Shown here one piece after another: positions 8,624-18,347 of a stretch of 64,000 bases of DNA. This stretch comes from a virus. Its lineage: Duplodnaviria > Caudoviricetes. The notes under the pieces were generated by a model that had not been told where the DNA came from, ran no database searches, and saw only the letters and a program-made list of their open reading frames with translations. The stretch covers positions 23,496-87,495 of the IMG/VR virus record IMGVR_UViG_3300038443_000257. One strand, 5' to 3'. The number at the start of each line of letters is the position of its first letter. The first letter of the stretch is position 1. Made by a program: the position numbers and the translations under genes.

Positions 8624-8650
8624 AGAGGGCCGAAAGGCTCTCTTTCGTTT
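8624..8650 (+). terminator. intrinsic terminator
   Basis: AGAGGGCC-GAAA-GGCTCTCT hairpin followed by TTCGTTT. Confidence 0.75.
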
Positions 8651-8666
8651 AATTTGAGGAGGTTGT

Positions 8667-8900
8667 ATGCAGGAAATTAAAGGGAAGCTGTTGTATTATT
8701 CATATAACGAGGAAGATGTTCTCTTCTGCTATCCGCCCAATGAGAAGTGGTTTTTAGAGGTGTATCCTTCCAGTCTTGAATTGTGGGAGAACTCCGACCC
8801 GGCAGAGTTCATTGAAAGATTTGCACCGGAGGACTTTGAAAAAGCGATCAGTAAGGCCGAAGGTATTTTTGGCGATCTTCCTGCACGTTTTGGTAATTAA
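8667..8900 (+). CDS. hypothetical protein
   Basis: 77-aa ORF, GAGGAGG RBS. Confidence 0.7.
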   Translation: MQEIKGKLLYYSYNEEDVLFCYPPNEKWFLEVYPSSLELWENSDPAEFIERFAPEDFEKAISKAEGIFGDLPARFGN

Positions 8901-8909
8901 GGAGAAATC

Positions 8910-9146
8910 ATGAAAAAGCTTATCACAATTGCAGCAGTGGCTGTCACCCTGACGGGCTGTTCCAGTTACGACCACAACGAATGCCGTAATAGTGTCGTGC
9001 GAGACGTTGGCACGCAGGACGTTGTAGAAGTTCACTCTTGGCGTTTCGTTGCTCGTGATGCTCATGGTGCGATCTGGTACTACGAGACGATGAATCAGTT
9101 GGATACGCGAATTAGCAAGAAACAGCCTTTGTTTGCCGCACCATGA
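8910..9146 (+). CDS. small lipoprotein (Cor/Llp-like superinfection-exclusion candidate)
   Basis: MKKLITIAAVAVTLTGC lipobox; 78 aa; AAGGAG RBS. Confidence 0.65.
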   Translation: MKKLITIAAVAVTLTGCSSYDHNECRNSVVRDVGTQDVVEVHSWRFVARDAHGAIWYYETMNQLDTRISKKQPLFAAP

Positions 9147-9303
9147 AATCCTACAAAGTGGTAGTGGAGCACGATGACCATTTGTACAAGATTGGTACGA
9201 TTGTTAAAGTGGCCTATTATTGTGGCTCTGGCGAGTACGCTTGGTATGTAGATGACGAGGGCACTTGGCAGATCTTACATTCTAGTGAAATTGAGGAGGT
9301 TGT

Positions 9304-9531
9304 ATGATTTTGATCTTACTTGCAGTAGCGGGATTGGTGCTTGTATGGGGTTCTGTCTCCATCGTTAGGCTTGGAATTGTGCATAATCATATCTGCCATA
9401 GAATCGACGAAGTTTATGAATCAGAGGATTGGTACAAATACCCGATAGACGTTGATGGCACGTACAATTTAGCGCTATGGGATTATCGCAAATGGTCTTA
9501 CAAACAATTCTTTCCAGAGGAGGTTGTATGA
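9304..9531 (+). CDS. small membrane protein
   Basis: N-terminal hydrophobic helix; GAGGAGG RBS. Confidence 0.65.
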   Translation: MILILLAVAGLVLVWGSVSIVRLGIVHNHICHRIDEVYESEDWYKYPIDVDGTYNLALWDYRKWSYKQFFPEEVV

Positions 9532-9683
9532 AAGAAGTCTTTGAAGATTTAATCTTGCTACTCAAGCTCAACAGCGACCAGTATTTCTACGAAGCTGAGG
9601 ACGGTTCAGATGTGTTCGATGCTACAGCGCTCTACTCGGAGATTAGAGGGTTTGCTGAGGAATTTCAGAAGAGGATTCAATGA
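9528..9683 (+). CDS. small hypothetical protein
   Basis: MKEVFEDL...; GAGGAGG RBS; coupled. Confidence 0.6.
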   Translation: MKEVFEDLILLLKLNSDQYFYEAEDGSDVFDATALYSEIRGFAEEFQKRIQ

Positions 9684-9889
9684 ATATCATCGATAAAATC
9701 GAGCAACAGTGGCTTTCGTACGTGGGTGAGACAGGACGTATGCCAAAGTATCTCTACATGGGTCAACAAGAGGCTACAGCACTAGACAAACTCAAGGGCA
9801 TGTTCGTCATCTCGCACAAGGATATGTTTGTTGTTATGGTGGAGAAGGATTCGTGGCTGAGTGTTGGGGATCGGTATGAAGAAGCCTGA
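9680..9889 (+). CDS. hypothetical protein
   Basis: 69-aa coupled ORF. Confidence 0.65.
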   Translation: MNIIDKIEQQWLSYVGETGRMPKYLYMGQQEATALDKLKGMFVISHKDMFVVMVEKDSWLSVGDRYEEA

Positions 9890-10598
9890 GCGCAAGGATT
9901 TTGTTACGGATGCTCTGTACGATGCTGCGCTTGATGCGTTTATTACGTATTCGTTGACTAAGATTTTTGACAGCCTTATCTCTGAATGAGAGTCAATGGA
10001 CTCAGAAATAGCTGCTGTGCTGATGGACAATTTGTGGGAACTCTACGAGGATTAATGGCTTATGAACAAATATAAGATTCATATCGAAGATGGCGTTATC
10101 ACTGTGTGCCTGATTAAAGAAGAGTCTGTTCGCGCATTCTACTTCGATGCAGGCGGTGATGAGGAAGGCACTGCACAAGAGATGTACGATTTGCTTTTGA
10201 GTACGGGTGTCGATGTGGATGAGTGGGAGGGTTGATGGGTTATCAAACTAATAAAGAGGAGTTGTGTCAAGACTCATATTGGGTACAGCAAGGGCACACT
10301 GAAGATGAAGACGGAAATCCTTTAGTAAGTCGTTGTGAATGGGTGGTTGACAGTACGTACAGCGATGTTTGTAAAACTTGTGGTGCTATAGCTTGGTATG
10401 GATAGTGGGGGATTGATGCAAGATAAATTTGAAATTGAGGTGCACGGTGATGGTGTACAAGTGTGGGCCATCAATTGGAAAGGTGGGGCTGGACTAGCCT
10501 CGGAATTCTACAAGTCCCAAACATTCCATGAGATTGCACAAGAACTTTATGACTTGTTGGCAATGAGTGGGCACGAGGTGAAGTTTAAGGAGGGTTGA

Positions 10599-12380
10599 TT
10601 GTCTGAGATTGCTGAAAAGTACGGCATAGACTTAACGAGGGACCATAAAACGGGTTGCCCTCGCTGTATTCGTGAAGGTGGTGACAATAGCCGTAACAAT
10701 CTTCATGTGTATGGCAGTACAGAGAGTGCCTATTGCTTCGCCTGCTCTTGGACAATTCCTAGCAGGGAACATCGTGAAGCGATGGGATGGGTTGAGGAAG
10801 ATGAAGAATGTGAAGGGGGTGAAGTAGTGACAAAAGAACGGATTACTCCAGAAGAAAACGAAGCAATCAAGAAATACACGTCCACTAAGTCTAAAGGATG
10901 GCGCGGCATCAGAGATGAATCCAACGTGGCTTACGGCATTCGCTATGAGTATGACAAAGAGACTGGCGAACCTATTAAGCAGTACGTCCCAACCACGATT
11001 AATAACGAGCTTGTAGGATACAAGACTCGCAAATTCCCGAAAGACTTTGGCGCACCCATCGGCATCACGGGGAAGGAGTGCCAACTTGCAGGGCAGTTCC
11101 GCTACAAAAACGGCGGTAAAACTGTTCTGATTGTCGGCGGAGAAGTCGATATGGTTTCTGCTGAGCAAATGTTACGAGAGAATCAAGAGCGTCGTGGTTA
11201 TGGTGACTACGAGGCTTTTGCTGTTGTTGCCCCTACGATTGGAGAGAGTGGCGCTGACAAGCAGATTCAAGCGCAGTATGAATGGTTGAACAGCTTCGAT
11301 AAAATTGTTGTGGGGTTGGACAACGATGATGCTGGCAAGAAGGCTACGGAGAAGATTCTTAAAGTTCTTCCTCGTAACAAGGTATTCGTTGCAGAGTGGA
11401 GCCTGAAAGACCCAAACGAGTTTCTTGTTAAAGGCAAGGAAAAGCAATTCGTCAATGAGTTCTGGAAAGCCAAGCCGTACACGCCATCTGGTATCGTCAG
11501 CAGCACATCCATCTATGACGAGATTGTAGAGCGAAGCAAACAGCAGAAGTTGCCATTTCCACCAATGTTGAATAAACTGAATAAGATGCTTGCTGGAGGT
11601 ATCAATTGGGGCTATATCGTCAACATTCTAGCTGGTTCTGGCAGCGGTAAATCGTCCCTTACTAATCAGTGTATCGCTTACTGGATGGAAGAGTGTGACC
11701 AAGCTGTTCTAGTTGCCAGTCTAGAGGCGGAAGCAGCAGAATTCGGTGAAAACCTACTGAGCTACAAGATGGGTCGTAAAATTGCTATGATTTCTGATCC
11801 TCAAGAGAAGATCGATTTCGTTGGCAGTAAAGATGCTGAAGAAGCTGCGTACAATCTGTTCAACAAACCTGATGGTACTCCGCGTCTGTATCTGCTGGAT
11901 GATCGAGGCGACTACAGCAAGCTTCAGGAAAAGATTGAAGAGGTTATTGTGTCTTGTGGCGTCCGTGTCTGTGTTATCGACGTTATCTCGGATGTGTTCA
12001 GCGGCATGTCGATTGAGCAAATTGACCTGTGGATGGCTTGGGAGAAGAAGCTTGTCAAGCAGTACAATTGTATTCTTGTACAAGTGGCGCACACCCGCAA
12101 GGGCGGAAGTGGGGAGAAATCTGCAAGTCAAGGTAAGTTTCTTACTGAGGAGAGTATCATTGGCTCGGGTACGCAGTATCGTTCGGCAGGTATCAATATC
12201 GCTCTGCAACGTGACAAAACTGCCGAAGACTTCTTGGTACGCAACACCACGCAAGTGCATCTGCTGAAGTCGCGCGCTACGGGCATGACTGGCTTGGCTT
12301 GCGAGTTATTCTATGACGCCGACGCACACGTACTTTGGGACAAGGATGAGTATATGATGGCCCATCCGCAGGAGTTCTGA
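10599..12380 (+). CDS. DNA primase-helicase (T7 gp4-like)
   Basis: Zn finger CPRC...YCFAC; TOPRIM GGEVD and DNDDAG; Walker A AGSGSGKSS; helicase motifs VIDVIS, QVAH, KSR. Confidence 0.93.
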   Translation: MSEIAEKYGIDLTRDHKTGCPRCIREGGDNSRNNLHVYGSTESAYCFACSWTIPSREHREAMGWVEEDEECEGGEVVTKERITPEENEAIKKYTSTKSKGWRGIRDESNVAYGIRYEYDKETGEPIKQYVPTTINNELVGYKTRKFPKDFGAPIGITGKECQLAGQFRYKNGGKTVLIVGGEVDMVSAEQMLRENQERRGYGDYEAFAVVAPTIGESGADKQIQAQYEWLNSFDKIVVGLDNDDAGKKATEKILKVLPRNKVFVAEWSLKDPNEFLVKGKEKQFVNEFWKAKPYTPSGIVSSTSIYDEIVERSKQQKLPFPPMLNKLNKMLAGGINWGYIVNILAGSGSGKSSLTNQCIAYWMEECDQAVLVASLEAEAAEFGENLLSYKMGRKIAMISDPQEKIDFVGSKDAEEAAYNLFNKPDGTPRLYLLDDRGDYSKLQEKIEEVIVSCGVRVCVIDVISDVFSGMSIEQIDLWMAWEKKLVKQYNCILVQVAHTRKGGSGEKSASQGKFLTEESIIGSGTQYRSAGINIALQRDKTAEDFLVRNTTQVHLLKSRATGMTGLACELFYDADAHVLWDKDEYMMAHPQEF

Positions 12381-12961
12381 TGAGGGCGCCTGCTAAACCC
12401 CTGCCTACAAATTTGGACGAGCATTTCGTGTACGATGAAACCAGCCCGAGTGCCCTTCGTTGGAAAAGTGACAGGTACGCTAACGGGCTAATCAAGAGGT
12501 TGGTTGTTCGTGCTGGAGATGTTGCAGGGCATCTCCGCAAGGATGGATACTGGGCTGTGAAGCTGTTTGAAGAAGCTATCAAAGTTCATCGGATTGTTTA
12601 CCAGCTTCATAATCCGGAGCGTGATATGTCTGATATAATTCTTGACCATGTTGACGGAGATAGTAGCAACAACACGTACAGCAATCTTAAGCCCTCGTCG
12701 GACTACAGCAATGGAAAGAACAAGGCCAAGTACAAGAACAATTCTACAGGTGTTTCTGGAATATATCTCAAGACTGGTAACTATGCGGGAAGCTATGTTG
12801 CCACTTGGCGCACTCTTGATAAGATTCCTATGCGGAAGTTGTTCTCGATTTCCAAGCTAGGCAACGACGAAGCTTTTCGCCAAGCCTGTGAATATCGTGC
12901 TAAGATGATTGCTGAACTAAACGAGCAAGGTGCTAACTACACAGAGCGTCACGGCACTTAA
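12380..12961 (+). CDS. HNH homing endonuclease with AP2-like C-terminal domain
   Basis: VHRIVY...LDHVDGDSSNNTYSNL...N; NNSTGVSGI; AFRQACEYR. Confidence 0.85.
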   Translation: MRAPAKPLPTNLDEHFVYDETSPSALRWKSDRYANGLIKRLVVRAGDVAGHLRKDGYWAVKLFEEAIKVHRIVYQLHNPERDMSDIILDHVDGDSSNNTYSNLKPSSDYSNGKNKAKYKNNSTGVSGIYLKTGNYAGSYVATWRTLDKIPMRKLFSISKLGNDEAFRQACEYRAKMIAELNEQGANYTERHGT

Positions 12962-12969
12962 ATTATCGA

Positions 12970-12999
12970 TTGACACGAGCGTACAGAGTTTGCTATAAT
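12970..12999 (+). promoter_or_regulatory. sigma70-like promoter
   Basis: TTGACA-18-TATAAT with extended -10 TG. Confidence 0.7.
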
Positions 13000-13029
13000 T
13001 CTTACGCTCTAACATTTTAAGGAGGGAAG

Positions 13030-13572
13030 ATGTCACATTTGAAAAACATGAAAATTCGCCTGACAGAACAGCACAATTTTGATGTTGTCAGTAGAGCTTT
13101 GGCGGATGCTGGATATGAAAATGTTGTTGGTCAAACTGTGTTTGACGACGCTACAGAGTTATACGTCTACTCTTCCGGGTCGGTGTTGAAGACTACTAAG
13201 GAAAGCGGAAGTGGGGATTATTTCAAGCGGCATGTCAATGAAGAGTACTTTCTTACCCCTGCTGGATTTGTGCCTAAGGATTACTTTAAACAACCTGAAA
13301 CCAAGCTCAACATTCTAGAACGATTTGAAAATCCTGTCACGGACGAGGATATAGCTGTGGAGGGTGCTTTTGATGCAATAATTGAGGGCATGTGCAAACC
13401 TACTCAACTGCCCTCAAAAGCTGAGCACGAACGACTTCGTAAGGTTGCTATTCTGAAGGCTATGCTGTACAATCTTGAGAACAAGAAAGATGTTCCTACG
13501 GAGTGGCACGAAGAGTTGAACGAGCTTCTGTGGCAAGAGGTCAATCGCAAGCAATTTATTAAGGATGTGTGA
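13030..13572 (+). CDS. hypothetical protein
   Basis: 180-aa ORF, AAGGAGG RBS. Confidence 0.75.
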   Translation: MSHLKNMKIRLTEQHNFDVVSRALADAGYENVVGQTVFDDATELYVYSSGSVLKTTKESGSGDYFKRHVNEEYFLTPAGFVPKDYFKQPETKLNILERFENPVTDEDIAVEGAFDAIIEGMCKPTQLPSKAEHERLRKVAILKAMLYNLENKKDVPTEWHEELNELLWQEVNRKQFIKDV

Positions 13573-13729
13573 TGAACACCAACTACAAAGAAATCGTTTA
13601 TAATTGTTACGACTACGGTATGCCTGTAGAAGAATGCCTGAATGTGCTCAACACGGAGATTGGCGGATTCACTTGGTGGCAAGTGGCAGATATGTACATG
13701 GAAATCGAATGTGAAGAGGAGGGGAAATA

Positions 13730-14089
13730 ATGGGCTATTGTGAAGCAATGGAAGCAGCAGGGGCAAAAGTTTTGGCCTACGAAAGTTTCGGAAGCTATCA
13801 AGGTGAATGGTTCGCTAAAGTGGATTACAATGGTGATGTAGGATGGGTCACAGGTTCGTTCGGCTCTTGCTCATACTGCGATGCTTTTGAAGGGGAGTTT
13901 GGTTGGAATGACTACGAATCTCCAGACTACGAACAACGTCTTGCAGATTTTGGTCGTACGTATCTTGATACGATTCTCCCACAAGAGAAACAAGAAGAGT
14001 TGTTGCAATCTGCTTTGGATGGACGAGAAGGTCATTGGTATTATGAAGATGTCGAAGCAACCTACGATTTTGTGAAAGAGAATCGATAA
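13730..14089 (+). CDS. phage protein with GSCSxCD motif
   Basis: 119 aa; GSYQG...GSFGSCSYCDAFE. Confidence 0.75.
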   Translation: MGYCEAMEAAGAKVLAYESFGSYQGEWFAKVDYNGDVGWVTGSFGSCSYCDAFEGEFGWNDYESPDYEQRLADFGRTYLDTILPQEKQEELLQSALDGREGHWYYEDVEATYDFVKENR

Positions 14090-14526
14090 TGAAAGCAGCA
14101 CTGATTCAACGACAAATCAAACTGAACGAGCAAATCTTGACGGGCTTGCACGAGGAATATAAGAACCTTCGTGAGGCTCGTAAGATGTATAACGAACGTG
14201 CTGATGAGTGCTTTAAGCAGATGATGATTGCAGACGATCAACTTGACTTTGACGCCTCGCATCAGTACACCACGGAAGGTGAGGCCAATCGGGAACAAGC
14301 ATCGATGTTCACACCCTATATTCGCAAGTTCAAGAAGAAGATTGCTGCTGTAGAGGAAATTCAAAGGTGCCTCAAAGATGACCTAAAGGGGCAACAAGCT
14401 TTGGAAGCGTGGATTGTTGAAGATGATGCCTTCTGGATTCAGCAGGCTTATGTTGCACGACAAGAAGGTTATAGTGTGACGTACAGCTTTGACGAGGCTG
14501 CTAAGCTGTTTGTTGGGGAAGGGTGA
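14089..14526 (+). CDS. coiled-coil hypothetical protein
   Basis: 145-aa coupled ORF. Confidence 0.7.
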   Translation: MKAALIQRQIKLNEQILTGLHEEYKNLREARKMYNERADECFKQMMIADDQLDFDASHQYTTEGEANREQASMFTPYIRKFKKKIAAVEEIQRCLKDDLKGQQALEAWIVEDDAFWIQQAYVARQEGYSVTYSFDEAAKLFVGEG

Positions 14527-14867
14527 TGAACAATCTACATTTCTTTATGTTCTCTTCTGGTGAGTACAGCGACTATTGCGTTGGCGGTATGTACGTTTGC
14601 GATCATGTTGTTACTACAAGTGAGTGGGAGCAGTTTGCGGAGGACAAACTGGCACAGCGACAGAAGGCTCGGAGCGACAGCATTGTTGCATATCGTAACC
14701 GTAATGGTGAGACTACTGATATTTACGCAGGATATCCGACAGGTTGGTTTGGTAGCAAAGAATACGAAGGTTGGCTGGCGTATTGCGAGGACAACAATTC
14801 ACAAGACTTATTCATCAAGGCGCATAACATGAAACGTGTTGAATACACGGAACTTTGGGAATATTGA
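14523..14867 (+). CDS. hypothetical protein
   Basis: 114 aa, SSGEYSDY motif, coupled. Confidence 0.7.
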   Translation: MMNNLHFFMFSSGEYSDYCVGGMYVCDHVVTTSEWEQFAEDKLAQRQKARSDSIVAYRNRNGETTDIYAGYPTGWFGSKEYEGWLAYCEDNNSQDLFIKAHNMKRVEYTELWEY

Positions 14868-14880
14868 TTAGGAGAAAACC

Positions 14881-16953
14881 TTGAACAAGAAGTGGATTTG
14901 GGACATCGAAACTTACCCTAATGTGATGACCTTCAGTGTGGTTCGTGAGGATGGAAGATTCGCTAATACGTTTGAAGTAAGTCATCGCACGAATGAAGTT
15001 GACAGGATTTTTGCTTGTCTTGATTATCTACGCGATCAAGATGACTTCTTAGTAGGCTTCAATTCTTTGCAATTCGATTACCCTGTTGTCCACAAATTGT
15101 TGAAGCTGCGAGACGGTAAGATGCCAGTTAAAGGTGAAACTATTGCTCGCAGGGTGTACGGCTACGCACAAGAACAGATTGAGAGTATGAGAGGTGAATT
15201 CGCCAACACCGTGAAGGCTGAAGAACGCCATTGCAAACAAATCGACTTGTTCAAGGTACACCACTTCGATAATAAAGCCCGTATGACCAGTCTTAAAATG
15301 CTGGAATTCAACATGCGTTCTCACAACATCGAAGACCTTCCTTTTCCTGTCGGAATGGAACTTAGCAACGAGCAGATTGACGAGCTTAAGCGATACAATG
15401 CCCACGATGTTCGTATGACTTTGGATTTTTATAAACACAGTATTCCAAACATCGAACTTCGCGAGACTCTTACTGCGAAATATGGTCGTGACTTCATGAA
15501 CCATAACGATACTAAGATCGGTAAGGACTACTTCATTATGCGTCTTGAAGAGTCCAAGATTCCGGTCTATAAGATTGTTAATGGTAAACGCCAGATCAAC
15601 CAGACCAAACGGGATGTAATTCGTATTAAAGAGTGCTTGTTCAATTATTACGACTTCAATCGTCCAGAGTTCATTGCAGTCATGGACTGGCTATCTAAAC
15701 AAGTCATTCGTGAAACGAAAGGTGTGTTCACAGACATTGAAGAACATAAGCTTGGTGATGTAGCGAAGTACGCTGAGATGGTTGTGAAGCGCAAGAAGCT
15801 TAAAGGTGAACCATCTAAGTCAGAGTATGACGCATTTCGCAGAGAACATCCTTGTGGATGGGTTGACAAAGTTGAGTTGAAAGCAAAGAAAAAAGGTGAG
15901 ATTCAATATTCTTATTGGGCTTGCTGGAAGGTGGCTGAAACTCTTAACGTTGTTATCGAAGGCTTCAGGTTCGACTTTGGTACAGGTGGCATTCATGGCA
16001 GTCTCAGTAGTAAGATTGCTAAGAGAACTTCTGTGTACGATATTGTTGACGCTGACGTAAGTTCCATGTATCCTAATATTGCCATTGCGAACAAAGTGTA
16101 CCCTCAACACTTAGGGGTAAAGTTCTGCGACATTTACGAGGACGTTTACGAACAGCGAAAATCTTATCCCAAAGGCAGTGCCGAAAACGGTATGATGAAG
16201 TTGGCGTTGAACGGTGTGTATGGCGATAGTAACAATCAATTCAGCCCGTTCTACGATCCAGCATACACCATGAAGATTACGATCAATGGACAGCTTTCGT
16301 TGTGCCTGTTGGCTGAAAAGCTGCTTGAAATTGAAGGGTTGAAGCTGATTCAGGTGAACACTGATGGTGTTACTGTGGCACTTCGCAAAGACACCCGTGC
16401 TCAGTATGATGCAATATGTGAAGCATGGCAGAAGCAAGTTGGTTTGCAACTAGAGTTTGCTGAGTACGAAAAAATGTTCATCCGTGACGTGAACAACTAC
16501 ATCGCCCTCTACACGAATGGCAAGACAAAGAATAAGGGCGCTTATGAGTACAAGGACTTGGGATGGCATAAGAACCACTCGTCTCTGGTGATTCCGATGG
16601 CTGCTGAGGCTGCGATGCTTCACGGAACAGATATTCGTGAATTTGTCATGAACCACAAGGAGCGATTTGATTTTATGCTTCGTACTAAGGTTCCTCGTAA
16701 CAGTCGTCTTGTTCTTGTTATGGATGATGGCAGCGAAGTTCTGCAACAAAATATTTGTAGGTATTACCCTAGTAAATCGGGTGGTAAGCTTGTAAAAATC
16801 ATGCCCCCTCTTGAAGCTGGCGGTGAAGAACGTAGGCTATCAATTGATTCGGAATGGAAAGTGCGTCCTTGCAACAATATGGATGACTTTGACGGAGATA
16901 TCGATTATGATTACTACGTAGCTGAAGCAGAGAAACTTGTTATTAAACCATAG
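14881..16953 (+). CDS. DNA polymerase, family B, with 3'-5' exonuclease
   Basis: ExoI WDIET, ExoII GFNSLQFDY, ExoIII YNAHDV; polymerase motifs DVSSMYP, KLALNGVYG, NTDG. Confidence 0.92.
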   Translation: MNKKWIWDIETYPNVMTFSVVREDGRFANTFEVSHRTNEVDRIFACLDYLRDQDDFLVGFNSLQFDYPVVHKLLKLRDGKMPVKGETIARRVYGYAQEQIESMRGEFANTVKAEERHCKQIDLFKVHHFDNKARMTSLKMLEFNMRSHNIEDLPFPVGMELSNEQIDELKRYNAHDVRMTLDFYKHSIPNIELRETLTAKYGRDFMNHNDTKIGKDYFIMRLEESKIPVYKIVNGKRQINQTKRDVIRIKECLFNYYDFNRPEFIAVMDWLSKQVIRETKGVFTDIEEHKLGDVAKYAEMVVKRKKLKGEPSKSEYDAFRREHPCGWVDKVELKAKKKGEIQYSYWACWKVAETLNVVIEGFRFDFGTGGIHGSLSSKIAKRTSVYDIVDADVSSMYPNIAIANKVYPQHLGVKFCDIYEDVYEQRKSYPKGSAENGMMKLALNGVYGDSNNQFSPFYDPAYTMKITINGQLSLCLLAEKLLEIEGLKLIQVNTDGVTVALRKDTRAQYDAICEAWQKQVGLQLEFAEYEKMFIRDVNNYIALYTNGKTKNKGAYEYKDLGWHKNHSSLVIPMAAEAAMLHGTDIREFVMNHKERFDFMLRTKVPRNSRLVLVMDDGSEVLQQNICRYYPSKSGGKLVKIMPPLEAGGEERRLSIDSEWKVRPCNNMDDFDGDIDYDYYVAEAEKLVIKP

Positions 16954-16968
16954 GACAAACAGCAACAA

Positions 16969-17163
16969 ATGAAATCGAAATTCTACTACGAGGGTCGTGC
17001 AGCATACGCCCTCGGCATCACGAACAACCCGCACACTAACGGAGATTGCGACAGTGCAGCATACGAATGGGAAATGGGCTACGACGACGCAGAGCAAGAA
17101 GCCCTCGACAAAGAATACGTCACAAACGTACGGAGCAGGAATGCGCAACAATTTTACGAATAA
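16969..17163 (+). CDS. Rmf/CrpP-fold-like small protein
   Basis: YYEGRAAYALG...NPH...EWEMGYDDA resembles the G-x2-A-x3-G...P...W-x2-G-[WY] pattern of ribosome modulation factor homologues. Confidence 0.5.
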   Translation: MKSKFYYEGRAAYALGITNNPHTNGDCDSAAYEWEMGYDDAEQEALDKEYVTNVRSRNAQQFYE

Positions 17164-17226
17164 TCGTGATCTTGCTTTCAACGGGGATACGTGGCAGACG
17201 GTTCCGAATAAATACTTTGTGGAGGA

Positions 17227-17814
17227 ATGATGGAATTTGAGACAACAGGAGCCCCTGTTTATTTCAAATCCTACTACAAGGATGGGATTCAGATCGCTAC
17301 CCGAGAGGGATACCTTTGGGCTGGAATGAATCAGAGAACTTTGGTAGGAGGGGAGTACCAGAAGATAAAACCTACCTATATTGGGGTGGAAACTTCTGAC
17401 AATTTTAAAAATTTTCAATACTTTGCAGAGTGGTGCCAGCATCAGATAGGATTCTTGTGTAAAAACGGCAATGGCTCGTACTGGCAATTAGACAAGGATA
17501 TCGTAGGGAACGGAAAACTTTACAGCGAAAATACATGTGTTTTTGTTCCGAGCCACTTGAATTCGTTTTTATCAGGGCCACGGATTTCTAAACATGGGCT
17601 GCCCACAGGTATAACAAAAGTAGGAAACGGCTTTAAGGCGCGCTGCTCGGACGGGCGGGGCGAACGAATTTATCTAGGATATTTTCATACATTAGAAGAA
17701 GCCGCAGCTAGTTACAAGTCGGCGAAGGAGAGGGCCGCTCGCGAGATGGCTGCTATCTGGCAAGGCAGAGTTGATGATCGAGTTGTTGAGAAGTTGTTGG
17801 AGTTTGAGTTGTGA
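17227..17814 (+). CDS. HNH-like homing endonuclease family protein (LDKD variant) with AP2-like domain
   Basis: FKNFQYFAEWC..QIG..WQLDKD..YSENTCVFVP..N; LPTGI; YLGYF; paralogue of 31731 and 62517. Confidence 0.75.
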   Translation: MMEFETTGAPVYFKSYYKDGIQIATREGYLWAGMNQRTLVGGEYQKIKPTYIGVETSDNFKNFQYFAEWCQHQIGFLCKNGNGSYWQLDKDIVGNGKLYSENTCVFVPSHLNSFLSGPRISKHGLPTGITKVGNGFKARCSDGRGERIYLGYFHTLEEAAASYKSAKERAAREMAAIWQGRVDDRVVEKLLEFEL

Positions 17815-18209
17815 AGACGCCCACCAGATTCAAGCCCACTTCTGCACACAAAGCCACTACTCGCGAGGCAACAGATGCAGATTATACAAAACTTGCGGTA
17901 GTAGTTTTGACTGCGATAGTAAACAAGCAACGTGATGTGGTTATAAAACTGCCATACTTTGTTAAGATTAGTGACGACATGCCGAAAGGAGTCTGCATCA
18001 AGAAGGATGGACGCTACAATTGGTATCGCGCCAAGGCGTTCAAGATGATGGATTGGCTCTACAAGCACGGGCATGCAGCACAGGATGCAAAGGCTGTTGT
18101 AAAAAGTCTACGTGCTGTCAACAATCTTATCGGAGAGATTGATAGGATGCTTGTAAATCCTGAGAAAACAGTGTACAATGACGTGTTAGTTATTAAGGAC
18201 GATGTATGA
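17811..18209 (+). CDS. hypothetical protein
   Basis: 132-aa basic ORF, coupled. Confidence 0.7.
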   Translation: MKTPTRFKPTSAHKATTREATDADYTKLAVVVLTAIVNKQRDVVIKLPYFVKISDDMPKGVCIKKDGRYNWYRAKAFKMMDWLYKHGHAAQDAKAVVKSLRAVNNLIGEIDRMLVNPEKTVYNDVLVIKDDV

Positions 18210-18347
18210 CCAAAGAAGAAATTCAGGCTCGTATCGACGTTCTCTGTGATGAGATGGATGCCAACGAAGAAGAGAATCGTATGATGCAGAGCGAAGTGGA
18301 TCAACTGTACAAGATGCTAGATAAAATGTATGAATTGGAGAACGAAG

